NCBI GenBank assembly: GCA_018304105.1
Contig: JAGVWX010000020.1
Span: 97,494-161,493, forward strand
DNA length: 64,000 nt
Direction of reading: 5' to 3'
Source: Candidatus Pacearchaeota archaeon
GTDB taxonomy: Archaea; Nanobdellota; Nanobdellia; Pacearchaeales; GW2011-AR1
The notes under the pieces were generated by a model, which saw only the letters and a program-made list of their open reading frames with translations, was not told where the DNA came from and did not search any database. Numbering within the stretch: position 1 is the first letter of the stretch; every line of letters begins with the position of its first letter. This document shows positions 46,597-55,990 of this stretch, piece by piece. The translations under genes and the position numbers were made by a program.

Positions 46597-47021
46597 TGGC
46601 TAAGAAATTAAAATCTCCGGAACAAATGATTTTCGCAGGAAAGAGAAAGACTGCCGTCGCAAAAGTTAGAGTCCACCCAGGCAATGGTTTAATTTATTTT
46701 AATTACCTCCCGCATATCGAATTAGGAATGTTTCACAAGCTCGCATTGATAGAGCCAATCAGAATTTATCAGCAAGTCCTTGGCGAAGAGCCAAAATATG
46801 ATTTTCACGTTAAGGCAGTCAGCGGCGGAAAAGAAGCGCAAATTCAGGCAGCAAGACTCGCGATTGCAAGAGCATTGCTTGAAATTTCTGGCTCAGACAT
46901 TCTTAAGAAAGCATACATTAGCTACGACAGAAACATAATCGTCCAGGACTCAAGAAGAAAGGAAGCTTGTAAGCCCGGCGACTCAAAGGCAAGAGCAAGA
47001 AGGCAGAAGTCGTATAGATAA
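46596..47021 (+). CDS. rps9: 30S ribosomal protein uS9
   Basis: GKRKTAVAKV...GGKEAQIQAARLAIARAL...RRKEACKPGDSKARARRQKSYR. Confidence 0.95.
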   Translation: MAKKLKSPEQMIFAGKRKTAVAKVRVHPGNGLIYFNYLPHIELGMFHKLALIEPIRIYQQVLGEEPKYDFHVKAVSGGKEAQIQAARLAIARALLEISGSDILKKAYISYDRNIIVQDSRRKEACKPGDSKARARRQKSYR

Positions 47022-47071
47022 CTACTTTGCAGTATAATTTATTTTATAAACTACATAACTCGTTTATTTTT

Positions 47072-47530
47072 ATGCAAACAAATCATCCATTGGACGCTGT
47101 AGAAATAAGAGGAAACGACCCAGAAAAAGTGCGCGGTTTATTGAGACTTTTACCTGTAAATACATTTCCGTTTGTTAGAGAATTTCAAAAAGGTTCTGCC
47201 GAACTTAAGGAAGAGTATTGTGGGCAGATTGGAATATATGCTCAAGAATCGCCCTATGTTGGAAAAAACGGGGGAGTCATGCTAATCATAATAAATGAAC
47301 ATTTATTTGGCAATCCAACAACTTCAGAGGACAATCCTTTATTGAGAGTTCCAAATGGGGCCACAAATATTTTGATTGTCCCTCCAAGACAGTCCCCTTT
47401 AAAGAAAGATCATCCTTTCATGGGCACAGAATTTTCATATCGAGGAGTAGATTATCTTCTCGGATATGAATTAAGCGGTGGAGCACATGCAGCGATCATT
47501 AATACTTTAGTTGCCGCTCAACGGAATTGA
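47072..47530 (+). CDS. hypothetical protein (about 152 aa)
   Basis: The ATG at 47072 (MQTNHPLD...) is preferred over the track TTG at 47027. It occupies the position where rpoN/rpoK usually follow S9. Confidence 0.4.
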   Translation: MQTNHPLDAVEIRGNDPEKVRGLLRLLPVNTFPFVREFQKGSAELKEEYCGQIGIYAQESPYVGKNGGVMLIIINEHLFGNPTTSEDNPLLRVPNGATNILIVPPRQSPLKKDHPFMGTEFSYRGVDYLLGYELSGGAHAAIINTLVAAQRN

Positions 47531-47580
47531 TTTTCTCCATCACCCAATATCTATAAAAACCCTTTCCCCTAAAAACAAAA

Positions 47581-49290
47581 ATGGAAAAAGAGATGATAAA
47601 CTTTATAGAATCAAATAATTTGCAGCCATTCAATAGAACCAAGACTCCAACAAAAGTCGCAGACCAAGCCATCTTCAAAACCAAAGACGCAAAATCAGTC
47701 CACAATCGCGCGCTACAAGTAATTTCAAGGCAGTTCGCTTTTTCTGAAACATCTAATCTCCTGGATTATTTTGACACTTTCCCAAATGAAAAAGAAATCG
47801 CAACAAAACAAAATTTCTTCAAACAACTTTCTTCACAAAGCAATGAATTTCTCTTTCAACTAAAACAACCAAAGTCATTCTGGAATCCAGATTACGGAAT
47901 CGTCGTTGTAACCGAAGAAGATTCAACTTTTCAAACTTTGCAAAAACTCGGCTGTAGTGTCAAGTTTCTCATAGATGAAACCGACTTGGCCGATTTAGAA
48001 AGATACGACATCGTTCAGGTTTTGGACTGCGAAAATTTCTCTCTCGCATTGGAAAAACTTCCTCAAACTGTTTTTCTAAAATCCTCTGAAGAAGCTTATC
48101 TCGAGCGGCACGTCCGCACTCTTTCCGGCTGGAAAGAAAATCTCGAGCTTCTAAAACAAATTCAATCTTCCGAAATTAAATCTCTCGTCAAAGAATTATC
48201 TTCTCTTTCATACTTGTTCAATAAGACAGAAAGCAAAAAACTGACACGAGAATTTGTAGAACAAAAACTAGAAGAGATTAAATCTGAAATCGCAAAAAAA
48301 GTCAAGGAGTTCAACATCTCGGGAGATTTGCTTCTCGAAGTCCTAAATAAAGGCACTCTCCCAGTAGAATTAAAAAAAATCGTCAAGGAAGCAATTTCAA
48401 AGTCAGGTCTTCAGGAGAATATCTTTTTGCAGCAAATTCCAGTTCAGATAGATGAGAAAGAGCTTGAAAAAGAAATTCGAAATCAGGATTTGAACAAATT
48501 CGCAAACTCTGCTGAAGAAATAAAAAAGAATTCAAAGATTCTTGTTCAAATTCCAAGGAAAATTCGCGAGCTCGAGATTCAACTTTTATTGTACGACTTC
48601 AAAAGCACGCTCTCCGAATGGATGCAGAAAAAGAGTTTTCCAACCATTTCAAATGAGTTATCTCTTGAAGAATCCGCAAATGAATTTCTTGAAGCTCCTC
48701 TTCCAATCAGCTTCTATCTTAACGATAAATCTAGATGCTCAATGCTCACCGGCGCGAACTCCGGAGGCAAGACAACTCTAGTTGAGCATATCATTCAGTT
48801 GCTTTCTTATACTTATCTGGGCCTGCCTGTCAATGGAAAATTCACCTCTCCGTTATTCACAGAGCTTTACTACTTCGCAAAAAATAAAGGCAGCATGAAC
48901 AAGGGCGCATTCGAAACTCTTCTCACTCAACTCTCAAAAATTACTCCCGGAGATAAAACATTAATTTTAGCAGACGAGATTGAAGCAGTTACCGAGCCTG
49001 GCGTCGCAGGAAAAATTATCGCCGCATCAGCTCAGTATTTCATAAAACAAGGTTGTTTCATCGTCTTCGCAACTCACCTCGGCCAGGAAATACAAAAAAT
49101 CCTCCCGGACAATGCAAGAATCGACGGCATTGAAGCAAAAGGCCTTGACGAATTCAACGAATTAATTGTTGACCACAATCCAGTCATCGGCAAACTCGCA
49201 AGTTCAACTCCAGAGTTAATCGTAGAAAAAATGTCAAAGAACTCCAAGGGAGATTATCTAAATTTCTTGAATGATTATTTGAAGAAGTAA
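47581..49290 (+). CDS. MutS-family (domain V, MutS2-like) ATPase
   Basis: 569 aa with Walker A MLTGANSGGKTT and Walker B TLILADEIEAVTEP. Coiled N-terminal half. I saw no mismatch-binding domain or Smr domain. Confidence 0.75.
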   Translation: MEKEMINFIESNNLQPFNRTKTPTKVADQAIFKTKDAKSVHNRALQVISRQFAFSETSNLLDYFDTFPNEKEIATKQNFFKQLSSQSNEFLFQLKQPKSFWNPDYGIVVVTEEDSTFQTLQKLGCSVKFLIDETDLADLERYDIVQVLDCENFSLALEKLPQTVFLKSSEEAYLERHVRTLSGWKENLELLKQIQSSEIKSLVKELSSLSYLFNKTESKKLTREFVEQKLEEIKSEIAKKVKEFNISGDLLLEVLNKGTLPVELKKIVKEAISKSGLQENIFLQQIPVQIDEKELEKEIRNQDLNKFANSAEEIKKNSKILVQIPRKIRELEIQLLLYDFKSTLSEWMQKKSFPTISNELSLEESANEFLEAPLPISFYLNDKSRCSMLTGANSGGKTTLVEHIIQLLSYTYLGLPVNGKFTSPLFTELYYFAKNKGSMNKGAFETLLTQLSKITPGDKTLILADEIEAVTEPGVAGKIIAASAQYFIKQGCFIVFATHLGQEIQKILPDNARIDGIEAKGLDEFNELIVDHNPVIGKLASSTPELIVEKMSKNSKGDYLNFLNDYLKK

Positions 49291-49407
49291 ATTTGATTAA
49301 CAAATTAAAACCCATTAATAAAAATGCCCAAATCATTAACCGTTCCGTCATGATATTTTTTGGTGGGGTGGTGGGGCAATTATTCAGATAAATTATCATA
49401 AAAGTAG

Positions 49408-49884
49408 CTATTCGCTCCAACCATTATTCACTTTCTTCATTATTTTGAGAACTCCGGGCTTGAACTTTTCTTTCCAGAATTCAGTAGAGCCATCAATAAA
49501 TTCTCGTTCCAGCTTCGCGTCTTTTGTCAAACCTGCAAGAGCATTTGAACTGCTCAACGCCAAAGCACCCTTGATTAAATCTTGAATTTCCTTTCTTTCT
49601 TTCTCGTCAAATAAATTCGCTTCAGTTATGTTTATCAGATACTGCGGATTTGGCATCAGCAAACTGTGAAGGTAATTCACCCAGACATTAAAAGTGTCTC
49701 TGATTCTCGCGCACATCTGTCTTGAAAAATGGTCGCTTACAAATCCTTCGCTCAAAACATAATCTACAATAAAAAATATGTCATCAACTTCCTTGAAATC
49801 AGCTTTAAACCCAAGCTCTCTTTTTACCTCTTCAAATTCTTCTTTCGTCTGTCTAATCAGCTCTTCTTTTTCTTGTTTGTTCAT
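49408..49884 (-). CDS. hypothetical protein (158 aa)
   Basis: ORF only. Confidence 0.45.
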   Translation of the reverse strand: MNKQEKEELIRQTKEEFEEVKRELGFKADFKEVDDIFFIVDYVLSEGFVSDHFSRQMCARIRDTFNVWVNYLHSLLMPNPQYLINITEANLFDEKERKEIQDLIKGALALSSSNALAGLTKDAKLEREFIDGSTEFWKEKFKPGVLKIMKKVNNGWSE

Positions 49885-49964
49885 CTTCCAAGATATTTCT
49901 AACTCTATTTAAAGAATTCTATTTACCTAGAAAAACTTAAAAATCTTCTTTCTTTATTCTTTCA

Positions 49965-50195
49965 ATGAGAACAAAAATCATTCGTCTTTTTAGCTATGAA
50001 GGATTTATCCTTATAGGCATCTTAATGAGTTTCGGCGTAATAATCAAGCTCTTAGGAGTTTACAGCTTCTCATCCGATTGGTTCTGGCTTCTCGCCGGAA
50101 TCGGCTTGGTTGTGGAAGGAACAATTTCTATGGTAAAGCAAAGACGTTTTGACAAAAAATACAAGGTTATTGAAGTTAGTCAAGACGAAAAATAA
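49965..50195 (+). CDS. small membrane protein (76 aa)
   Basis: Two hydrophobic helices. Confidence 0.4.
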   Translation: MRTKIIRLFSYEGFILIGILMSFGVIIKLLGVYSFSSDWFWLLAGIGLVVEGTISMVKQRRFDKKYKVIEVSQDEK

Positions 50196-50332
50196 ATTCA
50201 TATAATCCGTTAACGCAGAGGACAGGCTTTCTGAGATATGGAACAAAAGACAATATCGCACATTTCAACAACGAATTAATTTTTATTTATTCACTGAAAA
50301 TTTAAGCTATCTTATTTTTACTATCTTAATTC

Positions 50333-51196
50333 CTAGTTCTCCTTAACATTATCTCGTTCCATCAAAATGTCAAACGGATTCTTGACTTTCTTTAGCTGAT
50401 CGCTCGATACATGCGTGTAAACCTGCGTTGTGCTCAACGACGAATGTCCCAGCATTGCCTGAATAACCCTAATGTCAATTCCCTGCTCAAGCAGGTGCGT
50501 CGCAAAACTGTGCCTCAATGTGTGCGGAGTTGTCTTCTTGGTTATCCCAGACCTCCCGCTCGCACCCTTAATAATCTTCTGAATATTTCTCGTCGTTAAA
50601 GGTTTGTTTTTAGAAAATACAAATTCATTTTCTTTTCCTTTGCTTTCAAAATATTCTTTCAACTCTTTTGACAAACTTTCTGACATCATAAAAAGTCTGT
50701 CCTTGCTTCCTTTTCCTCGTCGAACCCATCCGGTCTTGTCCTCGAGATTCAAATCAGACATTTTTAGGTTCACAAGTTCAGAAACTCTCAGCCCGGTCGA
50801 ATAAAGCAGCGAAACAATCAGCCTCGACTTTACAGTATCCGTTGACTCAATTAAATCCCTTACCTCATTTTTAGTCAGAACCTCCGGAAGTTTCTTGTCT
50901 TTTTTTGGCAGCGGCACGCCCACAAAATCTTTTTTCAAAACTTCTTTATAGAAAAATTTCAGCGCAGCCGCAGCAAGCATAATCGTGTTCTTCGATTTCG
51001 AATCGAACATATCAGATAAGTACATTTTGACATCATCTTCGTTCAATTCTCCAGGAGATTTTTTAGACTGATTCAGAAATTTCTCTACGAAAAACGTATA
51101 GTTCCGAACAGTCAGCGGCGAAAACCCGCGAATTTTCAACTCAGCTTTTAGCTTGTTAACGACCCCCATTAACACCTCATTTGACTCCAGCCTCAT
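50333..51196 (-). CDS. xerA: tyrosine recombinase, XerA/XerCD-like
   Basis: 287 aa with an N-terminal SAM-like domain and a catalytic region ...GLRVSEL...HTLRHSFATHLLEQGIDIRVIQAMLGHSSLSTTQVYTHV. Confidence 0.9.
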   Translation of the reverse strand: MRLESNEVLMGVVNKLKAELKIRGFSPLTVRNYTFFVEKFLNQSKKSPGELNEDDVKMYLSDMFDSKSKNTIMLAAAALKFFYKEVLKKDFVGVPLPKKDKKLPEVLTKNEVRDLIESTDTVKSRLIVSLLYSTGLRVSELVNLKMSDLNLEDKTGWVRRGKGSKDRLFMMSESLSKELKEYFESKGKENEFVFSKNKPLTTRNIQKIIKGASGRSGITKKTTPHTLRHSFATHLLEQGIDIRVIQAMLGHSSLSTTQVYTHVSSDQLKKVKNPFDILMERDNVKEN

Positions 51197-51232
51197 TAAA
51201 ACGAACCTCTATTTAAAAGTTATTGCTCTGGC

Positions 51233-51430
51233 ATGTATACAAATCCTTATATATCTATTTCAATACAACCGATTATGGCAGACAGTGAAAAGCTAAGGCT
51301 GGCGGTCATTGCTGGCGCATCTCATGCGCTGAAATACCGAGAGGAAAATCCAAGAGCAGACGACAGAGAAGCCCTGAAGTTCGTCACGGAAAAAATAAAC
51401 GCAATTCTAAATGAAATCGAAGAAGATTAA
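51233..51430 (+). CDS. hypothetical small protein (65 aa, or 51 aa from the ATG at 51275)
   Basis: ORF only. Confidence 0.35.
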   Translation: MYTNPYISISIQPIMADSEKLRLAVIAGASHALKYREENPRADDREALKFVTEKINAILNEIEED

Positions 51431-51526
51431 CCATGTCCTAGCTCAATTCCCTCGCTCATTAATCTTTTTCCTAAAGCGTCGTATAGAAATCTTCTCGCAT
51501 CAAATTCATAATAATTAGGTTTGAAA

Positions 51527-51657
51527 TGCGGGGAGTAGGATTCGAACCTACGAAGGCACTAAGCACACAAGATTTCTCGCGAAATCCTATCTTAACTCTT
51601 CCTCGCGGAAAAGCGACGTCTTAAGTCTTGCCCGTTTGACCACTCCGGAATCCCCGC
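51527..51657 (-). tRNA. tRNA-Leu (anticodon UAA) with an intron of about 46 nt at the canonical 37/38 position
   Basis: Exon 1 (51657-51620) ends CAAGA-CTTAAG. Exon 2 (51573-51527) is A-TCTTG + 16-nt variable arm + GTAGG-TTCGAAT-CCTAC + TCCCCGC-A. The intron is roughly 51619-51574. Confidence 0.85.
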
Positions 51658-51707
51658 ATGATGAAGAGATTCTGGAGAATCGTTAGATTCATCCGGAATC
51701 CCCGCAT
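51644..51707 (-). repeat. 16-nt direct repeat of the tRNA-Leu(UAA) 5' end (ATGCGGGGATTCCGGA)
   Basis: TCCGGAATCCCCGCAT occurs at 51644-51659 and 51692-51707 (period 48). Confidence 0.9.
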
Positions 51708-51751
51708 TACATTCTCGAAAGAAGTTACTATTTTAAAGGTTACTAATCTCT

Positions 51752-51775
51752 TACATTGTAAAGTTAGCGGTTGGT
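51752..51775 (+). repeat. left terminal inverted repeat
   Basis: See the mobile element entry. Confidence 0.9.
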
Positions 51776-51847
51776 GAAGCAGATTACAAAAATATTTAAA
51801 CGCAGGTCTCATAGTTTTATCATGGTTACGGCACAGGGAGATTTCTG

Positions 51848-51960
51848 CTAACTTTAACATCCTAAATTAAGTTAGTTCTAATCTTTCTGTGCTGATTTCC
51901 AAACCACCAAAACCTTTAAATATATAATATATATCTATTTCTCAAGGATGTTAAAGTTAG
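51848..51960. repeat. internal 15-bp perfect inverted repeat (CTAACTTTAACATCC / GGATGTTAAAGTTAG) with an 83-bp spacer
   Basis: Read directly. The spacer contains TCTAATCTTTCTG, which resembles the target duplication, and an (AT)n run. Confidence 0.8.
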
Positions 51961-52055
51961 AATAGCAACTACAAATTTGTTGTTGCTTGTAGCTTGACAA
52001 TCTTATGTTTGCCAAAGAGGTGAACATTAAACTAAATTGCAGGAGGAAAAAATAA

Positions 52056-52997
52056 ATGCAAAAACAAATAGAAGTTAAGACAGAGCAAGGCATTAATTTA
52101 AGCCAAAGAATAATTATGCCGACACACAGAGAGCTGTTGAAATCCAAGCAGTATAATTTGCCGATAGTTTCTCTAAGTCCATTCGCTGTTTTCGTCAAGA
52201 AAATGGCTTCAACTCAAAGGCATAATTGGATTGGTAATATTAATGTTGATAAGCAGGCAATACAGGATATATGCAAGGATTTTGGTTCATACGATTTCTT
52301 AATAAATTTTCAATTTAAAAAACAAACCGACTTTAATCAAAATGAAACGGATTATTTTGAGCAAGTTCAACAAATTCCAGAGCTATCGTATATTTGCATG
52401 AATGAAAAAAGTGTAAATCAGACGACACAAGAATTTGAGCAACAGCTTAAAGGTTGGAAATTGCGAAATGCTGAAAAGTTCGTTGTTCCAGTAATAGAAT
52501 CTGCAACTAACGAAAAAGTGAAGAAAATCGCAATAATGAAAAGAGAAGATATAAAGCGATGTGCTGTTATTTTCCGAAGTTTTATAACTGAAGAAGATAG
52601 AGCAAATTTAAGCCGTATATTAGCCAACCTAAGAATAGCCAAAATCTACTCAATAGTTTTCGGAGTTAATCCGAAGAAATGGTCTAAAACTGCAGTTTCA
52701 ATGTATCTTCCGCCATTACAATTTGAAGCAAACGCCATATCATCTTGGATTGCGTGGGGCGGAGCCAAAGTTCCATTAGAGCTTTTGTGTTCCGACTGGA
52801 TTTATAGGTTGTCCAATTTTGCCGATAGTGGTCTTGCGAGTTACAATGGTTCTGGTAGAAAGAATTTTCTTACTGGAAATTCAAGCGTATCTTTTAATAC
52901 TGCATTAAGCCAAATTGACACCGTAAACCAAGCGAGCTTATTAGCACAGAGTTTTGTCTTAATACCCGAAGTTCAATTTAAACGCCTCTTCAATTAA
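52056..52997 (+). CDS. hypothetical protein (313 aa), transposon cargo
   Basis: ORF only. No family recognised. Confidence 0.5.
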   Translation: MQKQIEVKTEQGINLSQRIIMPTHRELLKSKQYNLPIVSLSPFAVFVKKMASTQRHNWIGNINVDKQAIQDICKDFGSYDFLINFQFKKQTDFNQNETDYFEQVQQIPELSYICMNEKSVNQTTQEFEQQLKGWKLRNAEKFVVPVIESATNEKVKKIAIMKREDIKRCAVIFRSFITEEDRANLSRILANLRIAKIYSIVFGVNPKKWSKTAVSMYLPPLQFEANAISSWIAWGGAKVPLELLCSDWIYRLSNFADSGLASYNGSGRKNFLTGNSSVSFNTALSQIDTVNQASLLAQSFVLIPEVQFKRLFN

Positions 52998-53189
52998 TGG
53001 GTTTTTGTCTGGGTAGTAATCCCAAAGCTGAATCCATAATTTATTGAGGTATTTTTTTACTTTAATTTTTTCTTTCTTTTTTATTTCATTATTTTTAAAC
53101 TTTCTTTCCAATTCTGCATCCGCTAAGTCTAAAGCAAAAACTCTTTTTTTCCATTCAAAATATCTATCATCGTCTTTTCTTATTTCCAT
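52959..53189 (-). CDS. hypothetical small protein (76 aa) downstream of the RHH gene
   Basis: The ATG at 53189 (MEIRKDDDRYFEW...) overlaps the RHH ORF 3' end by 23 nt. Confidence 0.4.
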   Translation of the reverse strand: MEIRKDDDRYFEWKKRVFALDLADAELERKFKNNEIKKKEKIKVKKYLNKLWIQLWDYYPDKNPLIEEAFKLNFGY

Positions 53190-53343
53190 TTTCAATTAAT
53201 TTAAGTTTATTAGAAAATAGCCAAGCATGGACTATTTCTTGTAATAACTTAGATTTATTCATAACATATTTCTCCAATGCTTTATTGAACAAGTCAAAAT
53301 CTTCTTGCTTTAATGTAAATTTTATTTGTCGGTCTGATGGCAT
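53167..53343 (-). CDS. ribbon-helix-helix (CopG-like) protein, 58 aa
   Basis: My own translation (below the track length cut-off): MPSDRQIKFTLKQEDFDLFNKALEKYVMNKSKLLQEIVHAWLFSNKL... This fits a beta-strand plus two-helix pattern. Confidence 0.5.
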   Translation of the reverse strand: MPSDRQIKFTLKQEDFDLFNKALEKYVMNKSKLLQEIVHAWLFSNKLKLIENGNKKRR

Positions 53344-53446
53344 TATTTAAAGTAGCTACATTAATATATAAAAGTATCTACCTTTAAAATTAAAAGTAAC
53401 TACGCAGTATAGAAAGATTTATATACTACATATATCTATTATATAC

Positions 53447-53614
53447 ATGGAGAATAAAGTTAGAGAAGCAAAAAAAATTAAAGATGAGTTAGACAAACTC
53501 GGTATTGAAGTTATTTTAGACATAGAAGTAACTGCTTTCGGAACATCAGCCCATATTCCAATATCAAAAAAATTTATCGGGAGGAAAGTGTCAATAATAG
53601 TGCCAAAAGAATAA
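53447..53614 (+). CDS. AbrB/SpoVT-like small protein resembling archaeal transposon-encoded DUF2080 proteins, 55 aa
   Basis: My own translation: MENKVREAKKIKDELDKLGIEVILDIEVTAFGTSAHIPISKKFIGRKVSIIVPKE. It sits directly upstream of the transposase and is followed by the GGGGAGC-CGAA-GCTCCCC hairpin (53630-53647). Confidence 0.5.
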   Translation: MENKVREAKKIKDELDKLGIEVILDIEVTAFGTSAHIPISKKFIGRKVSIIVPKE

Positions 53615-53671
53615 TCATATTAAATTAGAGGGGAGCCGAAGCTCCCCATATCCACCTAACGCTTAAATCAG

Positions 53672-54625
53672 ATGAGATACAAAAATCAGAACCAAGATAA
53701 GTATAAAAAAGTATTGTGCCCTAATTGTAATTCTAATGATGTAATAAAATGGTGCAAGAGAAAAACCAAGAATAGAGGAGAGATACAGAGATATAAATGT
53801 AAGTCCTGCAAGTCTTATTTTACTATTGATGATGGATTTTTCCGAATGAGAAATACACCTCAAAAGATAACTCAATCTGTAGATTTATTTTACAGAGGCG
53901 TTTCAACAAGAAAAGTACAAGAGCATTTAGCGATTTTTCATCCGCATAATGCCTCACACATGAGCGTCTATAATTGGATTGTAAAATACTCAAAGATGAT
54001 AAGTAAGTTTACAAATAAGTTAAAAGTTAGTGTTGGAGAAGAAGCACAAATAGATGAGATAGAATTTCATAGAAGGCAATACCATGAAAAAGGAATGAAA
54101 GGAACAGAAAAGAACTTTTTTATTGACAGCATAGACCCCGATACTAAATTCTTAATTTCTTCTGAATACTCCAAGACAAGAGGAAGCCAGAACATAAAAG
54201 CAGTAGTCAAAAGAATAAAAGAAAAAACAGACGACCAAATTAAAACAGCTACAACTGACGGATGGAATGCTTATGGAAAAGTAATAAAGAAAGTCTGGGG
54301 TTATAATAACAAATTAGGAAGATACAATGTTTTTCATAATAGAGTTATTGTTTCAGAGAAAGACGAGACTTTTAACTATCCTATTGAGAGATTGCATAAT
54401 TCAGTAAGAGCAAGAACAAAGGTAATGAGGGGCTTTCATGGTTCGATTAATTCTGCTAATGCCATTATGAAGGGCTACGAAATTTACTATAACTTCGTAA
54501 CTAAACATCAACAAATAAAATGCTGTCCTTACGAGCTGGCTATTCCAGAATTGGCAGAGATACTAAAGGAAAATAAAAATAAATGGGTGGCTTTGATAAA
54601 CATGGCAAACCAACAAAGCATATAA
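53672..54625 (+). CDS. DDE transposase with an N-terminal zinc ribbon (IS6/IS1-like; family not resolvable by eye)
   Basis: 317 aa with CPNCNS...YKCKSCKSYF and candidate DDE residues in AQIDEIEF, TTDGWNAYGK and PIERLHNSVRARTKVMRGF. Confidence 0.8.
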   Translation: MRYKNQNQDKYKKVLCPNCNSNDVIKWCKRKTKNRGEIQRYKCKSCKSYFTIDDGFFRMRNTPQKITQSVDLFYRGVSTRKVQEHLAIFHPHNASHMSVYNWIVKYSKMISKFTNKLKVSVGEEAQIDEIEFHRRQYHEKGMKGTEKNFFIDSIDPDTKFLISSEYSKTRGSQNIKAVVKRIKEKTDDQIKTATTDGWNAYGKVIKKVWGYNNKLGRYNVFHNRVIVSEKDETFNYPIERLHNSVRARTKVMRGFHGSINSANAIMKGYEIYYNFVTKHQQIKCCPYELAIPELAEILKENKNKWVALINMANQQSI

Positions 54626-54661
54626 AAATGGCAGTTATGTTTAATATTTTGGAGATTGAAA

Positions 54662-55990
54662 ATGGTGCTGTATAAAAAATTTAAGAAGAACAACTGTTTT
54701 GAAAAGACAAAGTATAAAGAATTTTTTAAAGAAAAATTAGACTTCGGGAAACTTGTAAATTTTGGTACAAACAAAAAACTGCCAATATATAACTGGTTCA
54801 AATATAAAGAAGCTTTTTCTAAAGAATTAGTAGAAAGAATTATTACAAACTTTAATATGAAAAAAGAGGATAAGGTTATATTTGACCCATTTTGTGGTAT
54901 CGGGACAACCTTGTTAGCATCTAAACAACTTGGATTGAATTATTTAGGAAGCGATTTAAGTCCACTATGTCAGTTTATCACAAGAGCAAAATTAGATTTC
55001 AATAGGTATAATACAAAGGAGTTAAAACGAGAGTTAGAAAAAATAAAAAAATGGGATATTAAAGAAATGAGAAGTGAGATTAAAGAAGAAGATAGTAATC
55101 TTATGAAATATTCGATTTTTGATAAATCCTTTTTAGACAAAGATAATTTAAGAGAACTATTTGGATTAAAAAATAAAATAGAAAATGAATATACGAATAG
55201 ACCGTTTGTGAAACAAATATTAAACTTAGCATTGATTAGTATTCTTGAAGAAGTTAGCGATACAAAAAAAGACGGGGCTTTTTTTAGACTTATCCGAAAG
55301 GACAATAAACCAAACGTGATTAACGCATTTGTTAAAAAAGTAAACAGTTTGATAAACTCTTTAGAAGAATATAATTTTTCTTTAACAAATTTTTTATCTG
55401 AAAAGAAAGAGTATGGGGATGGAGATGTAAAAATTGCAGATTCAAGGAAATTACCATTTGAAACAAACTCGGTTGATATAACTATAACCTCACCACCATA
55501 TTTGAATAGATATGATTACACAAGAATTTATCAACTTGAGTTATACCTTTTATTTTGTAAATCTTTTGAAGAACTTAGGAATATAAGATATAACACGATT
55601 AGGTCTCATGTTGAAGCTAAGTATAAAGACTTTGGTATATTTAATTCAGAGATATTAAAAGAAAGATTAGAAAAACTTTCAAAAAGAGAGCTTAACAACC
55701 AGAGAATACCTTATATGATACAAGGATATTTTGACGATATGTTTCTAACTATGAAAGAATTATACAGAGTTACTAAGAAAAAAGGAATAATTGTTTTTGT
55801 AGTGGGAAGTACAAGATTTTCTGGTGTTTCTATTCCAGTTGATACTATTCTGCTTGAAATAGGAGAACAATCAGGATTTACACCTGTTGAAGTATGGATA
55901 ACACGATATAAAGGAAATACCCCTCAACAAATTCAGAAATACGGATTAGAAGCTGTAAGAGAGAGTATTGTTATTTTGAGAAAAGATTAA
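54662..55990 (+). CDS. DNA methyltransferase (N6-adenine or N4-cytosine), alpha-like motif order
   Basis: SAM motif FDPFCGIGTT near the N-terminus and catalytic ITSPPY about 200 aa later. The ATG at 54662 follows GGAG. Confidence 0.85.
   Translation: MVLYKKFKKNNCFEKTKYKEFFKEKLDFGKLVNFGTNKKLPIYNWFKYKEAFSKELVERIITNFNMKKEDKVIFDPFCGIGTTLLASKQLGLNYLGSDLSPLCQFITRAKLDFNRYNTKELKRELEKIKKWDIKEMRSEIKEEDSNLMKYSIFDKSFLDKDNLRELFGLKNKIENEYTNRPFVKQILNLALISILEEVSDTKKDGAFFRLIRKDNKPNVINAFVKKVNSLINSLEEYNFSLTNFLSEKKEYGDGDVKIADSRKLPFETNSVDITITSPPYLNRYDYTRIYQLELYLLFCKSFEELRNIRYNTIRSHVEAKYKDFGIFNSEILKERLEKLSKRELNNQRIPYMIQGYFDDMFLTMKELYRVTKKKGIIVFVVGSTRFSGVSIPVDTILLEIGEQSGFTPVEVWITRYKGNTPQQIQKYGLEAVRESIVILRKD

Noticed and set aside
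50333-51196. Tyrosine recombinase as the integrase of a tRNA-Leu-targeted island covering 51.7-58.5 kb
   Set aside because: Its size and sequence fit the housekeeping archaeal XerA. The adjacent accessory DNA is already explained by a DDE transposon with its own IRs and TSD. I found no long att repeat bounding a larger island.
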